Positions 38,093-51,162 of a stretch of DNA of 64,000 nucleotides are shown here, in pieces (position 1 is the first letter of the stretch; every line of letters starts with the position of its first letter). Under the pieces are notes generated by a model. It did not search any database. It was not told where the DNA came from and saw only the letters and a list, made by a program, of their open reading frames with translations. Source of the DNA: Callorhinchus milii (Eukaryota); assembly GCF_018977255.1 (NCBI RefSeq), contig NW_024704742.1, positions 9,116,001 through 9,180,000 on the forward strand, read 5' to 3'. Both the position numbers and the translations under genes were made by a program.

Positions 38093-39929
38093 TAACTGAG
38101 TTATATTCAGCCTTCCCAAGAATATTTTCATGCGCTGTGTTTGTGTGGAGGTATAATAGTACGTTCACTGAATCAAAATAGCCCTCATTTCTCGTGCATA
38201 AACCGCAGAGCACATTGACTATTTACTAACTATTTCTGTGAAACCTTTCTGGAACAATTACCTTTGTACTGACTTAGACTGATCTTTTCAAATTTTCTCC
38301 TCACCTCTTCTGAAGTTACTCTGCTCGCTTGCAGTTTGATGGGTAGTGCTTCCTCTGAGGTACTCAACTCAAGCCCGCGTTCTAGACATGGCTGTTTAGA
38401 CACTGAGTGACTAAATCTTCTGAATTTTTTAAAACCGAGGCCCTTTAGAATTAACTGACCAAATAGGCTTTCGTTCTGAATTTCTGAGCTGAATTGAAAC
38501 CTGCTACCAAAGATGAATGGATAGTCTAATAACCCACGACGGGATAGAAATCCTATTAGCCAAACAGTAATGGTGTAAAGGGATATCTACGGATGCTGTA
38601 TAATATTTTGTGCCATAGTGATAACATTGTATGATAATATAAAGATATTTATCATTGTATGATATCATAGCGTGATAACATAAAGTGCAATCTGATTTCA
38701 CTTTGCTGAAATATATTGGATTATTGTCTCACATGTCATTTTAGTTGAATAATAGAAGATGAATTGGCTGCTGTATTGCTCCATGGAAATGCAAAATTAT
38801 CTCATTTAAAGATTGGAGTTGAGGTAGGTACACCATGGATTGTTGAGCTAAATTTTGAAATTGATTATATCCTCAATCCCAGAAGTATAGGTGCAGAACC
38901 ACATTTTTGGCAGAGCATCAAACTAATGCTCTCTGTTTGACTAACCAATTAATACTTGGCCAACTGTCCCACAGTTGACATCATGGGTACCTTGCTCATA
39001 ACCATAAAGAACATTCTAGCGATGGGAGTAGTCGCACAGGACAACAGTAGTGTTTCCTACAGCTGTCCTGCCCAGAATTAAAGTAGGAACTGATTTGAGT
39101 GAAAGGGCATCGTTCTTTAGGGAGAACGTGCACTGATGAATGATTCATAATAATGCAGTCAATACATTCTGAGATGCTGCTGCAAAGAACAGCCATAATA
39201 TAACTTCCCTTTAAAATCTCCTCTCTCTCTCTCGTTCTCTAATTCAACTGCAGGATTGTTTTACACACGTGAGATAAACCACTCCCTACCAAACTTCCCT
39301 ACGCTCCCCTTCATAAACAAATCTGCAAATGCCTGTGGAAAATCTTTTGTGATTATTGGGACTTGAAGGGTCAAAGGAAATGTTGATAAAAAAACACTTT
39401 TTTGCATCATTTATACAGTGAGTAAACCCAATTGTCATCACCCTTAGGATGTGTTTTGTAATGCACTTATCCCACATGCAATCCTAATTCCTTACCCTTT
39501 GCAATTTTCGATCATTCTAATCATGAGCCTAATTTTTGACGAATGAAGAAGCTTTTGTTTCTGAAGAAGTTATACCGAGGTGTATGTACTTTGATTTGTG
39601 TACCAAAAGCCTGTATTAATTTAATCTAGCACTGCGCCTAATACTTTCCTAATGCATCCCTCCAGGGAGAGAGTGCACATTCCATTCCAACAATCTATCT
39701 CTGGGATTGCCACGTGTGGGTGGGCTGCATGGAAATCTTAGCTTGGTTTGGATGCTCTTAAGCACGTGATGGGTTTCTGCATGTGCCAGACACCTGTCTA
39801 ACCAAAAACAAAACAAAAACAAAATCAAGGAAGATGATGGGATGTAAAATGCAATTTTTTTTTGGGAGGGGGCGGGGGGGGGGGGGATACGGGACTGATA
39901 ACCTGCATAGGTTAGCAATTATTACAGTC

Positions 39930-40212
39930 GTGCCAATACTAACTTGCCTCGCAAGCGAGAGACATGGGTTCGATTCCCGGGAAGGCAAAAACCTTGGCTA
40001 AATTTCCTTACTCCACACAACTGATAATAATCCCTCAAGAAAAAAATAATAATTTGGTCACTTCAATTGACTGTTTGTGGGACACTGCTGTGCGCAATTG
40101 GCTGCCGCGTTTTGCCCACAAATATACAGTCAATTCACTTGACAGTATATTTGTGAAGTACTTTGAGACGTCTAGAAAACGTGAAAAGCGCTATATCAAG
40201 TGCAAGGATATT
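39930..40212 (+). mobile_element. tRNA-Ala-derived SINE, short subfamily, head degraded
   Basis: CCTCGCAAGCGAGAGACATGGGTTCGATTCCC, deletion junction near 40020, tail. Confidence 0.85.
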
Positions 40213-41158
40213 TTAAAATTTTATTACAACATTTACAAAATGCTCCTAATAAAGCAGTCCACAATTTTCTTTTAATGTTTTCCGTCACACTGCTGTAGTC
40301 AATCTGCATTCTTTCTTATTACAGTGTTAATTTTTACTAGACTGTTTCGGCTGCCTAACTGAAGTTGAGATGCACCAGTTAAGCAAAAGGTCAATGCAAA
40401 TTGATAGTGCTACATTTATAAATGTTGAGTATTGAGAGAATAATAAATAGATTTTGTCTTCTACACCTGGAGGCAATGTGCAGAGGAAATTTAGTGAACA
40501 AAACGCCAGCCTCTGATCTAAATGGCAGAAGCATTAAAACAGGTTAGTTTAAGCAGCTCAATTATTTCTAGGCCTGAATTGGAGTTTTTTTTGTATAGAT
40601 CATCAATTCTCCGTTATAATTTAAACACTTTGAGATGTTCTCCTGACATGAAAGGCGCTAAACAAGTGCAAATTTGATTGTAACTGCGGGAGAGAAGCAC
40701 TAACTGAATTGATTTGATCAGAAAAGATTTAATTTTCAAATGTTCAACATATTGGGGACAGTTAACCATAATAAATGTTTGATGTGCTGCATATAGTTTT
40801 GGGTTTCATTAAATACCATTGTCAGGTTTATTACCTATGCATTTCTTGGTGGCTGCAATGCATGTCGAGCGGTGTATGATGAGAAATTTCCCATCTTTCC
40901 CCAGTGAACGGTTCATTAATGGTAAGTTGATGTACTAATTATTACTGGCAATCTTGCAGCTCCTTTATTCCTACTATCCCATCTCCCAGCAGTGAAGGTA
41001 CCTTAGAATCCAATGGAATACAATCCTCTCTTGAAAATCCAATCCAATTCCCCAATGGGTCTTTAATAGGTTGTGTTGCGAAGGAGTTGATTGCTGGAAA
41101 AGACTCCAGGCAAAAACAGAGAGGTAAAGCTGGTCCATATGAAGTCTAAACTGCAGGT

Positions 41159-41533
41159 GGAGTCCTGCAGCCTAGTGGTTAGAGCACTCGTCTCGCAAGC
41201 GAGAAGACTTGGGTTTGATTACCGGGCAGGGCAAAACATTGGGCAAGTTTCCTTACTCCACATGCCTCTGTTTACCTAGCAATAAGTAGGACCTGATTGT
41301 TAATTGATTGGCGGATTGCTTTTCTGGGGTTAATAATCCCGTCAAAACATAATAAATTTAAACAAATAATAATAATTTGGTCACACAATCCATGACTGTT
41401 TGTGGGACACTGCTGAGTGCAATTGGCTGCCATATTTTGCCGACAAAATATGCAGTCAATTCCCTTTACTGTATATTCTGTGAAGCGCTTTGAGATGTCT
41501 TGAAGACGTGATAAGGCACAATATCAAATGCAG
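41159..41533 (+). mobile_element. tRNA-Ala-derived SINE, long subfamily, abutting an L2 fragment
   Basis: Full body ending ATATCAAATGCA without an ATT tail. Confidence 0.85.
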
Positions 41534-42180
41534 AAACCTGGGTGTCTTATTCAACCTCAACTGTCCTTTCTCCCCCTTATCCATGCCAAGACCCACTCTA
41601 CCTTATTCCACCTCCGCAACATTGCCTGTATCCGCCACTGCCTCACCCCTCAGGCTGCCGAAACCCTCATACACTCATTCGTCCCCTCAAGGTTCACTTA
41701 TGGAAACTCCCTCCTTGTTGGCCTCCCCAACTCTTCCCTCCACAAGCTGCAGATCATCCAGAACTCTGCAGCTCGTGTCCTCTCCCGCACCAGTCTCCAT
41801 AACCCCATCACTTCCACCCTCGCCCGGCTCCACTGGCTCCCCATCCCTCAGAGAACGGAATTCAAAATCTTCATCCTCATTTTCAAGGCCCTCCATGGCC
41901 TTGCCCCCTCCTACCTCTCTGTCCTGCTAACCCCTATCAACCTGTTCACTCCCTTCGCTCAGCAGGCTCCGGCCTACTCCATGTTCCCGTCCAATCCGCT
42001 CTACCGTTGGCAGCCGGGTTTTCAGCCTCTCTGCCCCTATCCTTTGGAAATCCATCCCACAGTCCCTTCACCTTGCTCCCTTTCTTGCCTCCTTCAAGGC
42101 ACGCTCAAGACCCTCCTTTTTAACCGTTCCTTCGGCTGCCCTCCAACCTCTCTGCCCTTCCTCATCCCAACTCTCAATTA
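41534..42180 (+). mobile_element. L2 LINE ORF2 C-terminal fragment
   Basis: FHLRNIACIR, LIHSFVPSRFTYGNSLLVGLP, KLQIIQNSAAR, LHWLPI, and FKALHGLAPSYL. Confidence 0.92.
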
Positions 42181-44784
42181 TGTTTTTTGGTCTCAGGTTC
42201 AATAGAAACTTGTGGCAGAATGTTTATGTTCGAACCCCTTTCTCTCCCTCCACCTCCCCGCATCCTGAGAAAACTTTTGTTTTTAACTGACTTCACTTTT
42301 ATCGTTTACTTTCCTCGTCCCCTTCACCCACAAAACACCTAATCACTACACTTTACAGTATATCCTGTGAAGCACTTTGAGACATCTTGAAGAATGCTTA
42401 GGTGCTCTACCAAATACAAGGATTATTATTATTATTATAGTTAGCCCACACATTCTCCTAATCTTCTAATTATATTGCAGCCGAGCTCCCTTCCAGAATT
42501 CCAGTGTGTTTGCAGAAATCAATTTTTCTGTTGGCATCCGTTCAAGAAATACAGAAAGGTCAATTCCAGGGGAAACGTGGTACACTTCTAGTGTTGGCGG
42601 CTCCTATGTTGGCAGTGTTTCAATGCTCTTCGTATCCTGTGGAGCCATTGCCCCTCTTATGATGGTGGCTGACTTGGATTGTGGAACTCTGGAACTCTAT
42701 CCCCCAATCCCTCCACCTCACCCCCTCTCTTGCTTCCTTCAAGTCCCATCTAAAGACCTTCTCTTTGACCACGCCTTCGGCCACCCTCCCTACCTTCCAC
42801 TCCTCCTGATCCCAACTCCCAGCTCGGGTCCAAAACCTCCTAACTGTCCAGCACCCTGGGCCGTCTTTCCTACATGAAGGGCACTATACAAGTGTAATTT
42901 GTTGTTGTTGTTGCCCCATCTATGGTGGTGTCCTTGGACTGTTTCCTCCTGTCCACTGAAGGTCACTCGGGAATCAATTGGTGGATTTACATCGGTTTTG
43001 CTAGTCTTTGTATGCTTTACATCCCAAGTAAGTACGGCAACTCCACTTTACAGGGACCAGTGCAAGACAAACAGATTTGCAATATAGGGGTCAAAAATGG
43101 TGTACTGAACATTAATGATGATTAAAATGTCTGCTATGATCAGGGGCATGTGAATGATTAAAAATATATATGAAAGTTAATTTTGAAAATTCCTGTGAGA
43201 TAGTATCGCGTGTTTTTGTGAGCTAGAGTATCTGTATCTGTATCCAGACCATGCAAATCTCCTGAAGTGTCTAGATACTTGGGGGGAGAAGGGATGGTTT
43301 GTAAGTTGGAAATGTTATCAGTGACATTATGGCCATGTATATGACTCTCTGGAGCAGGGTCACATCGGGTGGATGTAAAGAGGATTCCAGGATTTTACTG
43401 TGAAGTGTAGTGACTGCGTATTTCATAGACCAATGTAGGGATGGAGGTGATACCCTCCTCAAACGTGTCTCAGGGGCTGGAGCTCCTATTGTTTGGGTAA
43501 AGCAGGCCTGGCAGAGAAGACAGCGGGGAGGTTGACAGAAACAAATGAGGATCATGTGTACAAGGTTCATTAACAAAGCATCCCTTCCCCATTGAACTTC
43601 ATTATACAGATAGGTTACAGCGTGAATTCCACGAGGTAAATCTAAATGATCATCAGTAATAGAGTATATGGTGGTACTGTCTGTTGATACGAATGACCCC
43701 AAACTCCTTCTCACACTGATGTATTTCTGCTTCAAATTCCTAATGAAATCACAGTGTATACTGGTTTCAGATGGCAATTCCCACCTGCTGATTGTTGAAC
43801 TGGGGTTACAGCTTTGCTCTGAAAACTGCTTCTATGGTCCTTTTAACCATCGAAGTTATCCCTGCCATAGACTAACAATGAGAAAAACACAATTTTTGTG
43901 TGTTTTAAATATTTTGACTCCCCCCAAAAATTGTACTGGACCAGCTCCTACATCACACACCTTTACTTAACTGCTGCTGTTTCCTGGAATTTCAATCATG
44001 TAATATGGTTATCAAAACATGAATTAGTGGTTGAATGAAACAAGGCCTCTTGGTGAGATAAACAGCAGAAGCTGAAGCACAGAAAGGCATAGAGAAGGGA
44101 ATGTTCCTCATGTTCATTCAAACCACTGCGAAGGTTAGAATGATTGATGGAATGGACATTTCTTGTGGCTCCTCAGAAATGCAGCATGTTGATTATTTTT
44201 ATTTAGAAATTAAAGTATCACTACATTGACTTTGTGCCAGAGAAATCTACGATACCCGGTCAGTGTTTGGGATACCTCAGAGTTTTCATTTCTCTCCCAA
44301 CAATTTTGCTCATGAAAAAATTCAGAAGAATTGAAAGGAAGAAATTGTGCTAATTAAGCTGATTTATGATGAGTTAACAATGTGCAACAGTATGCAGTAA
44401 CTATGTTGATGCCTTCTGCTGGGACCATGATCTTGTCATTATATTGCATCACAAATCTCATTTAAATCATGTTTATGCCAGGTCTAGATGGTAATTCTCA
44501 CCTGCTGATTGTTGAACTGGGATTAAAGCTTTGTTCTGAAAACTATGGTCCCTATAACCAACTAAATTTGTCCCGACCATAGGTCACTGAACAGAGCTAA
44601 CTGTGTCAATGTAAATCAACAGGAAATGCAGTGCAATTGAAGGTTTTAATACATTTCGAAGTGATTAACAAAAGCTGAAAGTTTTAATACTCCTTGTATT
44701 TGAAAATCATACTCTAGGTGGTACTTAACATGCTATTACAATGTGGTTCAGCTTCACAGTTTCTTAATTCTTTTAGTCTACCAC

Positions 44785-45241
44785 TAGAATCATAGAATTA
44801 TACAGCACAGAAGGAGGCCAGTCGACCCATCATGTCCTTGCCGGCTTTTTGAAAGAGTTGTCCAAATTAATCCCACTCCCCCAATCTCTCCCTTGCAAAT
44901 TTGTCCTCTGCAAATATTTATCCACCTCTCTCTTGAAAATTGTTATTGAATCTGCTTCTACCAACTTTTCAGGCAGTGCATTCCAGATCTGAACAACTCT
45001 TTGTGTGAAAAATATTTCTCTTTATCTCCCCTTTAGTTCCTTTGACGACTATCTTAAATCTGTGTCCTCTGGTTACCGACCCACCCGCCAATGGGAACAG
45101 TTTCTCGCTGTTCACTCTATCAAAACCCCTCACAATTTTAAACACCTCTATTAAATCTTCCCTTAACCTTCTCTGCTTCAAGGAGAATAATCCTAGCTTG
45201 TCTAGTCTCTCCACACACCTCAAGTCCCTCATTCCTGGTAC
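44785..45241 (-). mobile_element. CR1 LINE 3' fragment
   Basis: ERLDKLGLFSLKQRRLREDLIEVFKIVRGFD plus CR1 tail. Confidence 0.92.
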
Positions 45242-45635
45242 CTGGTTCCCCTATGTTAAATGAATGACCAATTTTATTTCAGAGGGATTATTGGCTGGGA
45301 CACCAGGAGAAATTCTGTTCTCTTTTTGAAATAGTGACATAGGATCAAATATCCACCTGATTAATGGTTCAGTTTAACATCTAACCCCTCCCACCAGCTT
45401 GGGCTACCTTCCGGCAGTGTGAAGTACTTTGAGATGTCCTCCTGACATGAAAGGCACTTTCTAACTGTAAATAGCTTATCATGTAGAACAACAATACAAT
45501 GGACAGATCATAGGGGTGTGCAATTGAATCTTAAGCTCTGTATGGCGCTATACAAATATAATTTTGTTGTTGTATATATTTACAGTGTGTCAGCCTGGCT
45601 CAGTTATTCTCACTCTCACATTTGAGTCTGAAGGT

Positions 45636-45965
45636 TAGAAATATAGAAACAGGAGTAGGCTATACAGCCTCTTGAGTCTGTTCTGCCATTCTATTAGATC
45701 ATGGCTGATCTGTACCTCAACTCCAAATAGTCGCTCTTGTCCTATATCCCATAATAGCCTGACCTAACGAAAGTCTTTCCACTGCAGTCTTGAAAATGGG
45801 AATGGGTCCAGCATCCACAGCTTTTTGAGGGAGAGAGTTCCAGATTTACACTACCCTTTGGGTGAAAAACTGCCTCCTAATTTCACCTTTAAATGACCTA
45901 GCTCTAATTTTAACAGCATGCCCCCTTGTTCTAGATTCCCGCACTAGAGGAAATAATTTCTTTGT
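45636..45965 (-). mobile_element. CR1 LINE 3' fragment, second family (related pieces near 7563-7730, 16065-16232, 49742-49900)
   Basis: LFPLVRESRTRGH..RRQFFTQRVV; tail reads ATAGAAAC on +. Confidence 0.85.
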
Positions 45966-46122
45966 ATCATCGAGGTTCAAGCCCCATATCGGAACTTGGA
46001 ACTTGTATCGTCTAAGCTGACACTCTATTGCAGCGCTAAGAACATCCATTCTTTGGATGAGATGTTAAACCGAATGCTTGTCTGCCTGAGAAGGTCCACT
46101 TTAGATCCTATTCTTTATTTAT

Positions 46123-46440
46123 GGAGTCCTACAGCTTAGTGGTTAGAGCGCTCGCTTTGCAAGCGAGACACCTGGGTTCAATTCCAAGCAGGGTGAAATC
46201 TTAGGCAAGTTTCCTTACTCCGCACGCCTAATAATAATCCCTCCAAAACAAAACAATAATAAATTGGTCATTTTCAATCCACGACTTTTTGTGGGACACT
46301 GCTGTTCACAATTGGCTGCCGCGTTTCGCCCACAAATATACGGTCAATTCACTTTACCGTCTATTCTGTGAAATGCTTTGAGAAGTCGAGAAGACGTAAA
46401 AAGCGCTATATCAAATGCAAGGATTATTATTATTATTATT
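46123..46440 (+). mobile_element. tRNA-Ala-derived SINE, short subfamily, nested in a Deu-SINE
   Basis: Anticodon loop TT-TGC-AA. The flanks at about 46050-46120 and 46441-46480 are contiguous Deu-SINE sequence. Confidence 0.9.
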
Positions 46441-46544
46441 TGAAAAGAGAAGAGAGTTTCTCCTGATGTTTTGGCCAATAATCTAACCAGCACATTTGAT
46501 ACTTATACTTTGCGCAATTATAATGGTGGTGTTTTTGTAGGTCA

Positions 46545-46840
46545 ACAACAAGAACAACAACTTGCATTTATAGAGGGTCCTTCACGCGGGTAGAGTCCCA
46601 GAGGGCTTCACAGTGGCGGAGTCTGACAATGAGCCAGGGGGAGAGGGAGGGGGGTTAGTGGCCGTAAGCACTATCAAAAAGGAAGGTCTTTAGGCGGGAT
46701 TTGAAGGTGGGGAGGGAGGGGACAAGGCGGAAGGATTGAATGAGAGAGTTCCAGAGTTTCGGGGCATAGTGGCTGAAGGCATGGTCACTGAGGGTGGAAC
46801 AGAGGGCACGAGGGACAAACAGGAAGCTGGAACCCTCCGA
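46545..46840 (-). mobile_element. L2 LINE 3' end, tail type B
   Basis: AFSHYAPKLWNSL..FKSRLKTFLF. Confidence 0.8.
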
Positions 46841-47399
46841 GGTCAGTTGAAATGTTTCATTGTTTTTTGAAAAACAGATTTTCAAACATATTGAGAAAGA
46901 AGTTTTTTTAAAAAAGTTTTTTTTTAAAAAAACATTAAAACTGATCAGATTTTAGCTCTCAAATGATTGCACAGTTGCTTATTTTACTGTGAACTTCCTT
47001 GAACTCTGGAGGCAGAATGAGAATTCAGAGCACAGCGAATTTGAACTGAACTGTCTTCTCCTGAGGAAACTGGGCTGGAACTCTATGTTCATGAGCTCTT
47101 GAACTTGCACTTTCCTCAAAAAAAAGGTTTACAGCTCCCGAGCAGGGAGTTGGGTATCTGATTTGAATGAAATTGAGCACTGTTGACTCTGATATTGCTT
47201 TGTGTCAGCTGCAGCTGTCGCAATGTGGTGCTATTTTCCAACAGCTGCTTTTGGTTCACTGTTAAACACTTGCATTGTATTTGCTGCCATGAGCTGAGTT
47301 AATAATGAGGGCTACGGGGAGACTGTGGGCTTTGTGTGTGTGTTTTTTAAAATAATGATCAACTAGTGACTATTGTCATTACGGGGGAGGTAAGAGAAG

Positions 47400-47870
47400 T
47401 CTGCTTGGAGCTGAGCAGGTCCAAGGTGACGTGCTTGGCAACAGGCAACAGCAAATCAACCCTCTGTGGCATTCTCTACTCCGGTTCCTGACCCAGGTGG
47501 GTCCGCAGTATTCCAGGGCACTGCTGACGACAGCACAGCCAGCCTGGCTCCATCAACAGGACTTGGAAGGGCAGACCAGTCATTGGGGCAGGGACTCTTC
47601 CCACTCAGCTCAGGTTAACCCTGCAAACCAAAGCCCTAACGGGTAGGATGGTCCTAGCTGGACTAGGAATAGGAACCTTCACAGGTGGTGCTTTCAATGG
47701 CAAATAGTTTTAGCTGGTTAGACTCCAGCCATACCCCCAATGCACACTCAGGGATTCCTAAACCTTGGTTCTCACTAATTTGCACTGAATTAGGTAAACA
47801 GGGGTCCATCCTTCTAGGGAGAGAGTGCACATTTCATTTCCAAACAGGGAAATTTCTATGTGTAGGTAAA
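47400..47870 (+). repeat. Unclassified interspersed repeat (other pieces at 5265-5505 -, 39652-39792 +, 52531-52700 -, 55291-55405 +)
   Basis: Shared blocks such as ATTCCAGGGCACTGC, AAAGCCCTAA, GTCCTAGCTGGAC, TAGCTGGTTAGACTCCAGC, AGGGAGAGAGTGCACATT and GCTTGGTTTGGAT(A/G)CTCTTAAG. Confidence 0.75.
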
Positions 47871-48856
47871 ACACATGTGTAGAACTCTGACTAGTCTGAC
47901 TACTTTTTTTTACAGTTCTATTTTCATATTTTGGATTGTACAAACATATAAATATAAAAACTAATCACAAAGCATGTGAGTAAGATGCTCCAACTCCACA
48001 TTTTTGTAAGGAACTGGATGGTTGAGCCGTTGTTTAAGAAATTGTTTTGATGCCGTAAGAGGAAGACAGAAGGGTTGGTATTCCACAAGGATGAGATCAT
48101 CTGAATATTCAAGGTTATTGAAGATTATCCTAAAGTAAATAGTAATGGATTGTTTCCAGGTGGCACAAATTTAAGAACAGAAAAATTGGAGGGAATGGTA
48201 AAAAAAAAGGGCTTTTACACAGAGGGTGATTAGAAAGTGAAATCTCTGCCACAAAATGTGATTGAAGGGGAGTTAATAATAATTTTAGAATCATAACAGA
48301 ATTACACAGTTGATTAAAAATGTTAAAGGCTGTGAGCAGTGGAATGGGAATAGAGTGGGTATCACGTGAGGAGAAAAATGTCAGTGCAAACTTGAAAGTG
48401 AGGGGGAAGAGTGAAGTGGGGGCAAGTTATCTGTCATCAGGTTGAGGAAACGTGCATTTTGGTTGTTAAACTCCAGTATTTTGTGTGTGTTCAGAATTAT
48501 TGCCATTGGAAACTATTAGTTGCAATTAGCAGTATTTGCAAATGTCAACCAGTGGATCTCAAGATACACAAACTAAAATGTTAATGGCACAAACCACAGA
48601 TGGACAGTCTAACCTGTAACAACAACAGTGTATTTAATGAATTCTTGATGTTCTTAGGAATAAAACCATATTCAAGACTTGGGTATTCTCTGCGAAACAC
48701 ACTCATAAATAATTGAGAACTATCTGTGCATTTCCTTCTGTTTCGACAGATGCACTGGATCACGATCGAATCCAGACAGAAAGTCTGATTTAAAAATATG
48801 TTGCAACAAACCATGTGAATTAAAATTCTTAATGTATTCTTTGATGTCCTCACCTA

Positions 48857-48995
48857 TTCAACGTGTATGTGCTCCCTTTTGGTGAAATCATCCGCAGACA
48901 TGGGGTCAACTTCCACATGTGTGCGGATGACACCCAACTCTATCTCTCTGCCTCCACTCTCGACTCCAGGACCACTGCTGTCCTGACTGACATTT
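48857..48995 (+). mobile_element. L2 RT core fragment
   Basis: Encodes [21 protein letters not shown]. Confidence 0.8.
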
Positions 48996-49124
48996 GCAAG
49001 CACAACTAACCATTTTGCCACAAAATATACAGTCAATTCACTTTACAGTATATTCTGTGAAGCTCTTTGAGACATCTCAAAGATATGACAAGGCGCAATA
49101 TCAAATGCAAGGATTATTATTATT

Positions 49125-49233
49125 AACATGAAGTGAATAAACATTTGACTTTAGCTGGTGACCACTGGATAGCTCAATTCAATATTGTATTGAAGGCTAA
49201 ATTGAAACCTAATACAGACACTGTATATGTAAT
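49125..49233 (+). repeat. About 110-bp segment duplicated at 59736-59845
   Basis: Near-identical direct copies with only a few substitutions. Confidence 0.9.
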
Positions 49234-51162
49234 GGCTTTAGGAGGGCAAACTTTGGAGAGGTGACACAAGCTCTTAAAGAGGATTAAATGGGAACAAGAA
49301 CTGAACCAAAATTAATTTAGAGGAAAGATTGAACTATTTTAAGGAAGTGGAAAAGAAAACCGAGCGAGATGGAAATGGCTTGTATAAGGAAATCAAAAGT
49401 AATCCAAAGGTCAAACACAAAAGGATAGGAGAAACAATCAGTAGTGAGGAGGGTTGTCCTGAACTATAGTCAGGGTGAGAGAGGAAATACGTGAGCAATG
49501 GGAAAGCACAATATGGGCAGCAGCCAGTGAGATCTAAATAAATAAAAATCCTTGCATTTGATATAGCACCTTATCATGTCTTCGAGACGTGTCAAAGCGC
49601 TTCACAGAATATAGTATAAAGTGAATTGACTGTATATTTTGTGGGCAAAACGAGGCAGCCCATTTTGCACAGCAGTGTCCCACAGATCTAAATAAATGGC
49701 GGATTAAAGGACAGAATTATATCTATTCATTTATATCCATTCATATTTCCAAGGCTGAGATGGATAGATATTTGTTAGGTCAAGGGATGCAGGGTAAGGG
49801 CGGCTAATTGGACTTGAAGTACAGATCAGCCCTGATCTTATAGAATGGCAGAACAGGCTCAAGGGGCTGAATAGCCTACTCCGGTTTCTGTTTCTATGAT
49901 AGGTTATGTTACAATTTATATATCTGTCTGATTTCATCTTATCGAATGCACACTTTAGCTGGCTTACCTTCAAAGAGAGCTACCACTTTCACCTGCACAC
50001 AAGGTGACGCCTGACAAACCTGTCCAGTGTGTGCTTGCTCCCCACGCGCACCCCCTCCACCCCACCCCCATCTACCTCAACTGGTGTTTGTTTCATACTC
50101 CTGGCTTGGTGAGACAGAGTTATCGCCAATTTAAAATTTTCCAATTCTGATAGTTTAATAAGCTAATGAAGATAACCTTGGAAATTCCATGCTGTGTTAT
50201 AAGTTAAAGAAATGAACAACCGCCCCTCCCCCAACCACCCAAAGGATTACCAGTAATTTCAAAGACAGTTTCAACAAAAGGCTCTCTTTAAAACAGATTT
50301 TCCTTGTCATAGGTTCCCCTACTACCCCACACTCTCTCACTCTCTTTCTCCCCCTCAACTGTTTCTCTCTTTTACCCTGAAAGTTAAACATTTTAGAGTG
50401 ATTGGCTTCACTCGATACACTGTACATTGGTACCAATCCTCTTCAAGCTAGTTGTAGCATCTTCAATTTATGCGGTGTTAATGAGATTTAACAGGAGAGA
50501 TGGTCTGTTTACAACAATAATAGCAGCAGCAACAAATTACATTTGTATAGCGCCTTTCACGTCAGGACGACTTGCTTCGGTACTGTACAGTCAGGGATCT
50601 GATTCTTTGTAAAGTTATAATACAACTGGGATTACCTGGTGTCGTGTAAATCTCATCAGTGAAGTTTCACAAGAAGAGAGAATTTGCACGTACAGAGAAA
50701 CAGAGGCCACCTAGTACACTTAGCGCTATTACATATTGCGGGTTTACATTTAGGGGTGAAGAATGATTGCACTTAATTTGTTTGTTGACACCTCACTGTA
50801 AAAGAAGTAAAGGAGACTTCAGAGTAACCAAAACAGCAAGGTTTTACAAGTCTCCTACTTTTTTTTAAAAAACAAGTCGTCAATTTAAAGTGTATTTTAA
50901 ATTGTTACAGGTTCTCCAAGAGTTATGTTGGGATTTGTTGAAGATTGTGTTTGTTGAATAAACCTATTCATTTACATCAATAAAGGCTGGTTAAATTCTA
51001 GATAAAATAGTTTTGGATCAAACTTTTTGCTGTCCTCTCCACTACCTACGGGCAGATTTAATTTAAGAGGTCTCCAAAGGAGGTTTTAAAATTAATGGCA
51101 AACAGCTGCATTCAAAACAGGGAAATGTGCTAGTCGGGGATGGTGATTAGGGGAAACAAAAG

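Noticed and set aside
48750..48793. Candidate exon after TTTCCTTCTGTTTCGACAG
   Set aside because: The phase-1 reading stops after 14 codons with no homology; cannot be supported without RNA data.
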